Part shown: one piece after another, positions 36,265 to 46,856 of the stretch
Position numbering within the stretch: position 1 is the first letter of the stretch
Layout: every line of letters begins with the position of its first letter
IMG/VR virus record: IMGVR_UViG_3300045988_175656
Source: a virus
DNA: 64,000 nt
Direction: 5' to 3' (one strand)
The notes under the pieces: model-generated
Databases searched by the model: none
What the model saw: only the letters and a program-made list of their open reading frames with translations
Told to the model about the DNA's origin: nothing
Position numbers and translations under genes: made by a program

Positions 36265-39200
36265 AAGTTACCGAATAAGGACTAAAGTTGGTGAAGAACC
36301 AGGTGTAATAAATGTTCATTTAGACCAATCTTATGATTTGTTTGAAATTTTATCATTAAAATTGACACAAGAAGATGCTTATAAATTATATACATCTTCG
36401 TATGGTGTCATTGTTGGTAGAATTATTGCAAATGGTGGGTTTGGTATTCCTAATGCTAAAGTATCTGTATTTGTTGAAGTAAGTGATGAAGATTATATAA
36501 ATAATGAGAAAAATTATTTATATCCATATTTTAGTACTTCATCAGTAAATAATGAAGGTATTCGTTACAATTTGTTACCAGATGAGCCAATTAATGATTG
36601 TTATCAGAATGTAGGTACATTCCCTAACAAACGTTTAGTGCTGGATAATGATACTGTATTAGAAATTTATGATAAATATTGGAAATACACATCTGTAACA
36701 AATGAAGCAGGTGATTATATGATATTTGGTGTTCCAACAGGTCAACAACAGATTCATGTGGATATAGATTTATCAGATATTGGAGCTTTATCGCAACGTC
36801 CTCGTGATATGATTTATAAAGGATATAATATAAATCAATTTGAATCACCTAACAAATTTAAACAATCAACAAACTTAGATTCACTATCACAGATATATAC
36901 ACAAAATACTGGCGTAAATGTTTATCCATTTTGGGGAGATTCTGAAGAAAGTGATGGAAATATTGCAATTACTCGTGCTGATGTTCAAATAGAGTACCTA
37001 TTTGAACCTACTTGTGTGTTTATTGGGTCTATTGTTACAGATACAGGAACAAATGCAATTGGTAAAAACTGTACTCCAATGACCAATGCAGGTAAAATGG
37101 ACCAGTTATCAACAGGAGAAGGCTCAATTGAAATGATTCGTAAAACGTTAAATGGTACAGTTGAAGAATATCAAATAAAAGGTAATAGGGTTATAGATGG
37201 TGATGGTGTTTGGTGCTATCAAATTCCAATGAATTTGGATTATGTGGCAACAGATGAATATGGTAATATTGTACCAACAGATGACCCAACAAAGGGTATT
37301 CCAACACGTACAAGAGTTAGATTCAGAGTTTCTATTGATGATTCCCCTAATGATGCTACTGCAAGAAAAAGATGTAAAATATTAGTTCCTAATAACCCAA
37401 GAATTGATGAAAATAACCCAATATTTTCTCAAACAAAAGAGGTTGATTATGAATTTGGTACATCAACACACGAAGAGAGTTATAGAGATTTATTCTGGAA
37501 TAAAGTATATAGTGTAAAGTCGTATATACCTCGTTTACAGAATAATACCTCATACAAAAATCGTAAACATTCAGGAATTAAAATGGTAAACCATTATGGT
37601 GCTAATAATCCAATTCCATATAACAATGTAAGTATTAAATTAGGTTTCATGTTTAGAATGATTTGCGTTATTGCAAAAGTTATTATTGATTTAATTGCAT
37701 TCTTAAACAACTTGATTTCTATTTTAGGTTGGCTTCCTTGTGAATTGGCTTCATTTAAAATTTGTATTTTTAGATGGTGTATTAGACCATTCGGATGGAT
37801 GAAAAAAGCAATTCCTACATGTGTTAGATTAACATCTGATTTTTGTGATGATGATATTAATCGTAAAACTTATTATCCTGGTTGTGGTAAACCTTTTGGT
37901 TGTGTATGGGATTTAACTAAAGAAAAACATGAAGAAGAAAATAGAAAATTGATTAGTGAAGGTAAAGAGGATGAAACAACCCAACCTGATAATAGTAGGG
38001 ATAGTTTGTTTACTTGTGTGGAGAATGAATTGGCACAAGATAATGAAGTGACTTCTTTTAATTTTGCAAATGATTGGGTTAATGGTGTTCTCTATGCACC
38101 ACTTTGGTTTAGAAAAATCACGCCTAAAAAAAGATTTTTGTTTGGGTTAATAAAAATTAAAGCTAAAGACCAATGGTGTAGTGCAGCTAAAAATTTTGGC
38201 TCTCAAAGAGTGTTTCAACCATGTAGTTTGTGGATGGGAAAAGATGAAAGTAGAGGTGGCTCATATAAAAATAATGAAGGTAAAAATATCACACCTTATT
38301 TTGATGTAAATAATGATAAAAATAATAATTGTAGTAAAAATGGATGCCATAAAGCAATCACTACTCTAAATGCACAGAAAGGTATTATTGTTGATAAGAC
38401 AACAATGTTAAAACAGACAGTATATTATTATGCGCCTGTTTATTATGATTCAACTGAATTGAGAGATATTGAATTGTTATATGCAACTGATATTATATTA
38501 CTTGGGAGCTTGAATGATTGTGATTTAGATGGTATTCCACAGTTTTTTAAATACTTAGAATCATCAACATATAATATGCCAAGTGATATTTTGTTTACTG
38601 ACACAGAAGTACAATTAACTGAGGAAGGGACAAAATTTACAACTGATACTGAAATGACAGGGGCAGATTGGGGTAACTATAATTCAAAAGACCAATGTAA
38701 TAAAACTGATGGCGGTTTGTTTTATGGTATTGGTTGTTCTTCAATTGAAGTACACACTAAATCTTGTGTTAATTTACAAAGGATTTGTGAATTAGGTGTT
38801 TCATTAGATGAAACAATATCAATTAAAAATTTAGCCAGCCAAAGTGAGGGAGATAGTGCTTATTCATTGCTTGTTGCTGATGGGTTTGTATCTAAAGATG
38901 AATTGGCTGAATCTGATGCAAGAAGTATGTTTGCTACTTTGAATGGTAATAATTTAAGAACTAAATTAGATAATACCAATGGTTTGATTAAATATGACTT
39001 TGATTACATATATCCAAATAATTTTGATGGAAGTATGTATCAATTAATGAAAGATAGACAAAGCGGATGTGGTAGTAATATTACATATAGATTTAATTTT
39101 AACTTAGAACAGTTTAGTCGTGATTATTATAAATTTAGAATGGGAAATAACCCATATTTTTACAAATATGAAGGCGGTAGTAGAGAAAATCCTAATTATG

Positions 39201-42200
39201 TAATATTTCCTAGATATGAAAATTCGTTCTATTTTTATTTTGGTTTAAACCTTGGAAAAACAGCAATTGATAAATTCAATAGTCAATTTTTTAGTACTTG
39301 TTCAAATACATACAATGAACCTTTTAATGTTGGCATAATTACTCTTCCAAGTCCTTGGTGTAATTCAACAAATGGTACAATATTATTAAATTTGACAGAT
39401 ATTTCAACTCCTTATGAAATCATTATTAATGGTATCAGTGATGGGACTTTTAGTAGGGTTTATAAAGATATTACTGAAACTAAAATATATCTTGGAACAA
39501 AACCATCTGATTATGCTGATTATCATAATGTAACTGATGAAGATGGAAGAAATGATGGTTTACCAAATGGCGATTATGAAGTTACAATAACTGATAGTGA
39601 TGGTAGTATTGTACAGAAAGAGATTTCTTTAGTTCCTCAATATTTGATATATAGTATTGATACAATCAATTTCAAAATACCTAATAATATTTTGAAACAA
39701 ACTTATGGTACATATAATAATGTTCGTGTTGCTAAGTTAGATGGATGGCAGGGAGATGGAAAAGGTTGGAGAAATGGTCAACCAGGAGAGAATAGTGATA
39801 GTATTGGTGGACGTATAACAATAGGTGATGTATATGTTAAAGATGTGCAATTATCACCTGTTAAAAGTGATGGTACGTTAAAAGATACATCATTAACTCG
39901 TGGTTATACAATTCGTTTAACTAAATTGGTTGAAGAAACAACCACTGAATATTATACTGATGAAAATGGACAAATACAAAGCACTATAAAAGTAACAACT
40001 AAAAGTGTTCCTATTCAATTAACAGAACAAGAAATTTTATCAGGTATTTTGGAATGTGATGAAGGTGGGCAATCTTATCAAGTTGATGTTATTGAGCTAT
40101 GCAAAGATGGTAACAGATATACACTTGAAAGTAAAAATATTGTTACTAATGTGATTCATGTTGATGAACCGCTTCCTGTTAAAATGTATATTAATGATGT
40201 TGATTATGAATTAATTCAAAATTTTAAAACAGGATGGGTTAAAAATGGTAATAAATGGGTTCAACAACAAAGCGATTTTTATGGATGGGATAGAATTGGA
40301 GATATTAACAATCCAGCATATAATTGGTCTGAAGAAATATTAAAACTTCCTGATGACGAACCTAACAAGTTACAAACAGCAGCTAAAGAAGAATTGATAG
40401 CACAAGTAAAAGAAGCGTTTTGGATAACATGTGCTGAATCATCTAAGAATATGAATGTTAATGCACAAACTAATGATTATCCTGTATCTTATGGTATTCA
40501 ATATCAAGCTGAAACTCCTGACCCATCAGATGACGAAGTTCATATTGTTGACGAAAATTATAGCATTACTGATGCAATATCAGTGTCAGATGTTAAAGTT
40601 CCAACATTATTGCCTTTAGATGCGGATAATTCAGGACAAATTGTGGCAAATTATGGTAAATTAAATGCGCAAAAAATACCTTATTTCTTTGTTATGAAAG
40701 ATAATAATGGTACGATTATACCTGTTGGCTCAAATGTTTCATCTCCTATTGGTAATTCAGACACAAGTAAATGGTTTGGCGTTCATTTAATCAATAAAAT
40801 ACTTAGTGTTGATATGACAATGTGGGCTGGTGTTAAAAATCCTCAATATTTCCAAGATTTACCTTATGGTGGTGGCTCTGAATGGGAAAAAGTAATTAAA
40901 GATGGTTATTATAACGGTTTCTTTAGAGGTATTGTTAATAATGGTATTGTAACGAATACTAAAATACAAGATGCTTCGTTTTGTCGTACTTGGTGGCAAG
41001 CATTATTCCAATCAGTGACAATTGGTTATTCAAGTCCATTAATTGAAACAACAACATTTAAAGTGGATGAAAGTGGTAATACAGTTCCAAATGAAGATGC
41101 TCTTCCAACTAAGAGACGTTTTCTTGGTAGTAAAAATGATACAAGTGTATTTGGTTTCCCATGTGTAGTTCCAAGTGGTTATGATTTAACAGCTATTTCA
41201 GTTGGATTGATTGATACTGAATTAAAAATGGAAGATAACTCAAATAATTGTAGTTTGACAGAAGCAATTTATGGGGCTATGGAAGTTAATTTAACTAATG
41301 GCTTTAATGATAGTAATGATGGCGCAATCAGTAGTTTATCTGTAAGTATTAGTAATGGTGACACAACCAATCCAATGAAATATGTAATGATTACATCATA
41401 TAATCAAGTGTACCCATATCCTAATCATGAAATTATGTCAATTACAGGAAAAAGTGCGATATATGCAAGTGGTGTTACACAAAATGATATAATAGTTCAA
41501 GGTCAAACCGATGCAATTGCAACTTCTAGTGTTTCAGAAGTTAATGAAGATGGTGATACTGTTGCTATACCAACAACAGGTTATGGGGAAACAGGTATAT
41601 TTGAAAACATTACAGGAACACCAACAGTTTATATTGTTGGAATGACACAGAATAATTGTCGTGTCATTTCACCTGTTTATGATTTTAGAAAGGTAACTGC
41701 TTCAATAACTTTGGAAATGAAAGAAGAAGTAATCAATGTTGAAACATCTGGAAGTACAACTGGAGATACTTCAGGTTCCACAACTGGCTCAACAACAGGT
41801 GGTACAGAAGGTATTGATGAAGGAGATGACCCAACTCCAACACCAGACCCAGAACCAAGTGACCCAGGAAGCGTTAAAGTGAAAAAATATAGATTTATAG
41901 TAACAATAGGAACTTGTGACCAATGGTATATTGCCAATTTTGATTCAGTAGTTTCTATCACTTGTAATGCTGTTAAAAATCAACCAATTGGTACAACTAT
42001 GACATATAATGAGGGTAATATTGTTGGTAGTCAATTCATAATAGAAATTACTGAAGAAATGTTTGATGCTATTATGAAAAAAAATGAAAATCCACTAGAA
42101 TTCCTTACAATACCTTTTGTACCAAAAGACCCTGATGGTTTGTTAGGAGCAACAACAGTTGATATTACAGATAAATTAGGAATGGTTACAAGATGTAAAT

Positions 42201-42235
42201 TATCATATAAAAATCCAAAACCGATAATTCAATAA
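36251..42235 (+). CDS. giant baseplate/fibre structural protein (1994 aa)
   Basis: The N-terminus YGVIVGRIIANGGFGIPNAKVSVFVEV...EAGDYMIFGVPTGQQQIHV resembles the CarboxypepD_reg (prealbumin-like) fold. There is an internal hydrophobic Cys-rich segment (37630-37915). A Ser/Thr/Gly-Pro linker GSTTGDTSGSTTGSTTGGTEG...PTPTPDPEPSDP lies near 41750-41870. Confidence 0.6.
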   Translation: MTQNKSYRIRTKVGEEPGVINVHLDQSYDLFEILSLKLTQEDAYKLYTSSYGVIVGRIIANGGFGIPNAKVSVFVEVSDEDYINNEKNYLYPYFSTSSVNNEGIRYNLLPDEPINDCYQNVGTFPNKRLVLDNDTVLEIYDKYWKYTSVTNEAGDYMIFGVPTGQQQIHVDIDLSDIGALSQRPRDMIYKGYNINQFESPNKFKQSTNLDSLSQIYTQNTGVNVYPFWGDSEESDGNIAITRADVQIEYLFEPTCVFIGSIVTDTGTNAIGKNCTPMTNAGKMDQLSTGEGSIEMIRKTLNGTVEEYQIKGNRVIDGDGVWCYQIPMNLDYVATDEYGNIVPTDDPTKGIPTRTRVRFRVSIDDSPNDATARKRCKILVPNNPRIDENNPIFSQTKEVDYEFGTSTHEESYRDLFWNKVYSVKSYIPRLQNNTSYKNRKHSGIKMVNHYGANNPIPYNNVSIKLGFMFRMICVIAKVIIDLIAFLNNLISILGWLPCELASFKICIFRWCIRPFGWMKKAIPTCVRLTSDFCDDDINRKTYYPGCGKPFGCVWDLTKEKHEEENRKLISEGKEDETTQPDNSRDSLFTCVENELAQDNEVTSFNFANDWVNGVLYAPLWFRKITPKKRFLFGLIKIKAKDQWCSAAKNFGSQRVFQPCSLWMGKDESRGGSYKNNEGKNITPYFDVNNDKNNNCSKNGCHKAITTLNAQKGIIVDKTTMLKQTVYYYAPVYYDSTELRDIELLYATDIILLGSLNDCDLDGIPQFFKYLESSTYNMPSDILFTDTEVQLTEEGTKFTTDTEMTGADWGNYNSKDQCNKTDGGLFYGIGCSSIEVHTKSCVNLQRICELGVSLDETISIKNLASQSEGDSAYSLLVADGFVSKDELAESDARSMFATLNGNNLRTKLDNTNGLIKYDFDYIYPNNFDGSMYQLMKDRQSGCGSNITYRFNFNLEQFSRDYYKFRMGNNPYFYKYEGGSRENPNYVIFPRYENSFYFYFGLNLGKTAIDKFNSQFFSTCSNTYNEPFNVGIITLPSPWCNSTNGTILLNLTDISTPYEIIINGISDGTFSRVYKDITETKIYLGTKPSDYADYHNVTDEDGRNDGLPNGDYEVTITDSDGSIVQKEISLVPQYLIYSIDTINFKIPNNILKQTYGTYNNVRVAKLDGWQGDGKGWRNGQPGENSDSIGGRITIGDVYVKDVQLSPVKSDGTLKDTSLTRGYTIRLTKLVEETTTEYYTDENGQIQSTIKVTTKSVPIQLTEQEILSGILECDEGGQSYQVDVIELCKDGNRYTLESKNIVTNVIHVDEPLPVKMYINDVDYELIQNFKTGWVKNGNKWVQQQSDFYGWDRIGDINNPAYNWSEEILKLPDDEPNKLQTAAKEELIAQVKEAFWITCAESSKNMNVNAQTNDYPVSYGIQYQAETPDPSDDEVHIVDENYSITDAISVSDVKVPTLLPLDADNSGQIVANYGKLNAQKIPYFFVMKDNNGTIIPVGSNVSSPIGNSDTSKWFGVHLINKILSVDMTMWAGVKNPQYFQDLPYGGGSEWEKVIKDGYYNGFFRGIVNNGIVTNTKIQDASFCRTWWQALFQSVTIGYSSPLIETTTFKVDESGNTVPNEDALPTKRRFLGSKNDTSVFGFPCVVPSGYDLTAISVGLIDTELKMEDNSNNCSLTEAIYGAMEVNLTNGFNDSNDGAISSLSVSISNGDTTNPMKYVMITSYNQVYPYPNHEIMSITGKSAIYASGVTQNDIIVQGQTDAIATSSVSEVNEDGDTVAIPTTGYGETGIFENITGTPTVYIVGMTQNNCRVISPVYDFRKVTASITLEMKEEVINVETSGSTTGDTSGSTTGSTTGGTEGIDEGDDPTPTPDPEPSDPGSVKVKKYRFIVTIGTCDQWYIANFDSVVSITCNAVKNQPIGTTMTYNEGNIVGSQFIIEITEEMFDAIMKKNENPLEFLTIPFVPKDPDGLLGATTVDITDKLGMVTRCKLSYKNPKPIIQ

Positions 42236-45045
42236 TGAAAAAGAAAATAAGATTAAATAGTACAAGTTCTGTTAATTCTACTAATGTGACTAACTTTGTG
42301 GATGTTGAGTTAAAACAATCCACAAAGTTGTTACCACATATGGACACAGTAGATAAAGTAAATTTATATGAAGTTTTTGAAGAAGAACGAAATAAATCTG
42401 ACAAATATAGGCTAATTGTCACCATCAATCCAGTATGTACAAATGTATTATTTAATACATTAACTGAAGTTGTTAAATTTGAGGGAGAAGGTAGTAAAAC
42501 TGATAAAGTTGTTCTTGTTGAGAATGATACAACTGTTTCAGTACCAGAAGCTATGGGAGATGTTAATCCTGACAGGTATCAAATGATTAAAAATACTGAA
42601 TATTCAAATGATAAATGTGGATATGTTTATCATTGTGGATATGATATATTTAATAATCATATATTAAGAAATACAACATTTAAACAAGTAAACACATTAA
42701 GAAACGAAAATAAGAATCAGACAGATTCTAATCAAACAGGTTCTCCTTTATTAAGTAAAATATTCAATACTATTGGTGATGTGATGCGTTATTCAGATGG
42801 TGATATTGTTAAGTATAACAAACGATACAATATATCTTCTGCACCAACAATGAATTTAAATAAACATTTGTATGAATATAGTGATATATTATCCATAACT
42901 GATTCTATTAATCAAAATTTAATTGAAGAAAAGGGATGGTTTGGTTTTACCAATGGGATGAACATCAATTCTAAATTATACACTGGTTCGAATGGAAATA
43001 TTTGGGGAAAAGAATTGGATGTTAATAAAGTGATTAATAGACAAAAAGCATGTGAGTTTATTGATATGTATCCTGACCGTTCATTATTTTCATTTAATCC
43101 AAAAGTTAATAAAAAAGAAAAACGTTTAGAATATAATTGGAAAATGTGTTTGACATATCCTTATGATATTACTTATAATCATTTATTAGTTTATGGAGAT
43201 GGAATTAATGGCTTAGATTGCTATTCTTGTGTTCGTAGTAGTGGTTTGAGTGGTGATGATGTGTTAGTCTTTAGAACGACTTGTAAACATGGTTTAAAGG
43301 CAACTGATTCTATCATGTTGTATGCAACTACAAGTGATGGTACTACAATTAAGATACCTAATGCTATTACAGTAAAAGATACTGGGGATTTGGATAAAAA
43401 ATATCGAGATAATTACTTTTATGTTTTAAATTATGATATATTGAATCATATTTTTGGTGATGATTGGGAGAATAATTTTGACCAAGAAAAATTAAATAAT
43501 ATTAATTTTAGGATAAGACACTTAATTGGCGATTTTGAATCTGAATATTATATTAGATTGTTTAAAAAACTACCTAATTTTAAATACTCTAAAAAAGAGT
43601 TTACAGAGGAAATAGGGTCTAATAGGGCAAATTTTGATAAATTTGTTAAAGAAAATGCAACATATTGTAATAAAGATATAGTAGGTACTTGTCCTGACGA
43701 TGACTTGTATATGATAGATTTTAATTATGATTTATATCAGTTAGCATTTGCTTCTACAATATACTCTGATAAATCAAGTCAAGTAACTTTTACTGATACA
43801 ATTGATGTGTCTCATATTAAAGATAAGAGTGGAAAACCTATTACAGAACTTTATTTAACAATAGTTAAAAATAATGCAGGATGGGATAAGTGGTACTTAG
43901 GTGATGCACAAAGAAATGATAGTTCCGTAGAATATTCTCATTGTTTTGGTAAAATAACATCTGGTTTTAATCTTCTTAATATTAAGAAAGATAAATCATC
44001 AAGTGTTAAAAATAAAAATGATATAAGATTTTCTGATGTACATAAATTACATAATTTAGCATCAAGTTATCCTATTGTTTCTTCGATACCATTAGAAGAA
44101 AACATAACAATTAGTGGTTCTTCAAAATGGTATTCTGGTAATGCTGAACATGATATATTTTGGGGGGATTTAGTTGAATTTAATAAAAGTCAGGTAAAAG
44201 AGATAGTACTTGAAAAAGTTTGCCATAGATTTAATACAATTCAACGAGAATTAGATGAACAATATTTTAAAAATGGTGGAAATGCAAACACTTATACTAA
44301 ATGGAAAACATTTAAATTTGATGAAATAGAAGCTGATGATTATGATAATGCAACTTTTACAATAAAAAATGAAAAGATAACTGATTATAATGGTTTACCT
44401 GCTAATCAAAGACCTGAAGGGTATTACTATGAAGCGCATTATCCAATTATGGTAAAAGAATTATCTTCACAAATACAACAAGATGCTTTGATTACTTTTT
44501 CAGTAGCAAAAGATGGTGTTAATATTGACAATTATTCTAATAATCCAAATTATGCAAAGATTAAGGTTAATGTAAAACATAATCTTGAAGCAGGTGATTA
44601 TATAAGAGTAACAAATAGTAGCGATAAAAGTTATAGTTTAGGTATAGTAGAAACAGTGTTAAGTAATACAGAATTTTTGATTAATTATCCTAAAATATAT
44701 AGTTTTCAAACATTTAAAGAAAATGTCGAAAGTGGTAAATTATTACTAATTAAAACTAACAGTAATATTCCATCTTATGCAACTAATTTAAATGATGGTA
44801 GCCAAAGATATTTGTGGAGAGAAGTACAAAGGGTTGGTGATGTTAATAATACTACATTACCAGAATATCCTTTCACAAATGGGTGTTTTTATATATATGA
44901 AAATATCAATTTCTATTTAAGGAGACAAGACCCTCACAATTATAATAATCTATATTATAGTAATTTCCCTAATGATGTGGCAGGTAAAGCCGAAAACGGA
45001 AATGATAATTATGAGTATATTAATGAAGATGAAGCTTTATGTTAA
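42235..45045 (+). CDS. hypothetical structural protein (baseplate/fibre operon)
   Basis: 936-aa ORF. Its start overlaps the upstream stop (TAATG). Confidence 0.6.
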   Translation: MKKKIRLNSTSSVNSTNVTNFVDVELKQSTKLLPHMDTVDKVNLYEVFEEERNKSDKYRLIVTINPVCTNVLFNTLTEVVKFEGEGSKTDKVVLVENDTTVSVPEAMGDVNPDRYQMIKNTEYSNDKCGYVYHCGYDIFNNHILRNTTFKQVNTLRNENKNQTDSNQTGSPLLSKIFNTIGDVMRYSDGDIVKYNKRYNISSAPTMNLNKHLYEYSDILSITDSINQNLIEEKGWFGFTNGMNINSKLYTGSNGNIWGKELDVNKVINRQKACEFIDMYPDRSLFSFNPKVNKKEKRLEYNWKMCLTYPYDITYNHLLVYGDGINGLDCYSCVRSSGLSGDDVLVFRTTCKHGLKATDSIMLYATTSDGTTIKIPNAITVKDTGDLDKKYRDNYFYVLNYDILNHIFGDDWENNFDQEKLNNINFRIRHLIGDFESEYYIRLFKKLPNFKYSKKEFTEEIGSNRANFDKFVKENATYCNKDIVGTCPDDDLYMIDFNYDLYQLAFASTIYSDKSSQVTFTDTIDVSHIKDKSGKPITELYLTIVKNNAGWDKWYLGDAQRNDSSVEYSHCFGKITSGFNLLNIKKDKSSSVKNKNDIRFSDVHKLHNLASSYPIVSSIPLEENITISGSSKWYSGNAEHDIFWGDLVEFNKSQVKEIVLEKVCHRFNTIQRELDEQYFKNGGNANTYTKWKTFKFDEIEADDYDNATFTIKNEKITDYNGLPANQRPEGYYYEAHYPIMVKELSSQIQQDALITFSVAKDGVNIDNYSNNPNYAKIKVNVKHNLEAGDYIRVTNSSDKSYSLGIVETVLSNTEFLINYPKIYSFQTFKENVESGKLLLIKTNSNIPSYATNLNDGSQRYLWREVQRVGDVNNTTLPEYPFTNGCFYIYENINFYLRRQDPHNYNNLYYSNFPNDVAGKAENGNDNYEYINEDEALC

Positions 45046-46856
45046 AATATAAAATATTAAACAACAATAATACTACTGAATTGGTCAGTATAGATTATGA
45101 TAGTTATAAAATTGGTGATAATAAAGATACAATAACTTTTAATTTATCAAAAAGTGGTACAGTTCGTAATAATGATACTATTGTTATGAACAGTACTGTT
45201 GTTATTGACAATATAGCCAACAATGTAACAAATAATGTTAATTTTGAATTAATTACAGAAGCAATTGTGACTGATGATAGTGAAGTTACGCTTAATATAC
45301 CAATAACATTTCAGTTAACTCCTGATAAAGTATCATTATATGAGGATAATAGTTCAGGAGTATATGTTCAATATTACATATTAGAGTTTGCGACTCCACA
45401 TTTTTTTGCTAGTGATGCTAAAAATTCAGATAGAATTATTTATATATCAAACTATATTATAACAAATAGTAATGGTGAACCTATTAAGAACAAAATATAT
45501 TTTGAATATAGTTCAGTTAATTCAATTTATATACCAACAAATATAAGTCAAATAAGTTATACAAATGATAAGGGTGATAATTTAACTCTTCAAGTTGATA
45601 ATAAAGAATTTTTTGATAATTACAACACAATTTTCATAAACGAATTTAAAACATTTGATTATGAAAGGAATGATTTTAGGTTCATTAATCCACAAATATT
45701 AACTATTAGTAAAAGAAATAGTATTTTTAACATTCCATTAACTATTGAAAATAATTTTGAGACTGATTTGTTTAAAGAAGATTTATTAACAACAAATTTT
45801 GTAGAAAAAGAAAAGGAAAAAGCGATTAATAGAATTGTTAATATGGAAAAACAAGTTTATTACCCTGTTTATATTAAAGATGATGGAAGCAAAGATTTTA
45901 TAGAAAAAATAGTTTTCAATCTACATTTTCGAGAACGTTCGGGTGATAATTGGCTTGTGGAAAATGATAAGTTTTGGAATGGAACAAATTATGACACCAA
46001 CCCACCATCTGCCCCTAAATGTACTTCAAGTACAGGTAATACAACATTTTCAGTTCCAAGTAATCAATCAGACTTATTATATTACTTAGGATTCACTAAT
46101 AATGATGTAAGGTATCAAAAAAACAGACTTAAAAAATCATTTTTAAGATTATTGTTTTATGATTCAACAAATCAAACAAATCAAAACTTATTATATACTT
46201 CAACTATTTTTATGGATAGTGGGACATTGTTTGGTAAATATTGCAGATATATTGAGGATGAACCTTATCTACATAACAAAGATGGTGTAATAGAAGAAAG
46301 TGTTGGAATTAAGGTGGATAGAGAACCATCTTGTGAATTATTAAAAAAATATGACACAACTATAACAAATTGTTGTAGTGAAAAAGCTGATAATGTAAGA
46401 GATGAATTAAGATTAAGCACTCAATTAGTTGTTGAAGATAAGTTTAATAATCAAGCATCAAGTGAAGGGTTTTATCTTTATTTATTTGCAGAAGATGACC
46501 CAAAATTAGTTGGAAAAAATATTTATATGAAAGTTGAGTTTAACCATGCTGGGTATGGTAGAACATTACCATTTATGTGCCCAACTAACGATGTAAATGG
46601 TTGTCCTTTATCATATCAAGACATAATAAACGAATGGTATAAATATAAAAACTCTGATGGGGAAGTAGTTGGTTTTCCTGTTAAAAAGTATTATTCCTAT
46701 ACTTACATAAAATTAGAGTGCATTTATGATAAAACATTAAAAAGACATGTTTATTATTTTGCCAATCAGTGTAGTAGTACTGGAACAGAAGTTAAAAATG
46801 TTGATGAAGAAGATAGAAAAATGATAATAAATCTTTATGAAGCTAAAGTAGGATGA
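45039..46856 (+). CDS. hypothetical structural protein (baseplate/fibre operon)
   Basis: 605-aa ORF with a 7-nt overlap on the upstream gene. Confidence 0.6.
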   Translation: MLKYKILNNNNTTELVSIDYDSYKIGDNKDTITFNLSKSGTVRNNDTIVMNSTVVIDNIANNVTNNVNFELITEAIVTDDSEVTLNIPITFQLTPDKVSLYEDNSSGVYVQYYILEFATPHFFASDAKNSDRIIYISNYIITNSNGEPIKNKIYFEYSSVNSIYIPTNISQISYTNDKGDNLTLQVDNKEFFDNYNTIFINEFKTFDYERNDFRFINPQILTISKRNSIFNIPLTIENNFETDLFKEDLLTTNFVEKEKEKAINRIVNMEKQVYYPVYIKDDGSKDFIEKIVFNLHFRERSGDNWLVENDKFWNGTNYDTNPPSAPKCTSSTGNTTFSVPSNQSDLLYYLGFTNNDVRYQKNRLKKSFLRLLFYDSTNQTNQNLLYTSTIFMDSGTLFGKYCRYIEDEPYLHNKDGVIEESVGIKVDREPSCELLKKYDTTITNCCSEKADNVRDELRLSTQLVVEDKFNNQASSEGFYLYLFAEDDPKLVGKNIYMKVEFNHAGYGRTLPFMCPTNDVNGCPLSYQDIINEWYKYKNSDGEVVGFPVKKYYSYTYIKLECIYDKTLKRHVYYFANQCSSTGTEVKNVDEEDRKMIINLYEAKVG

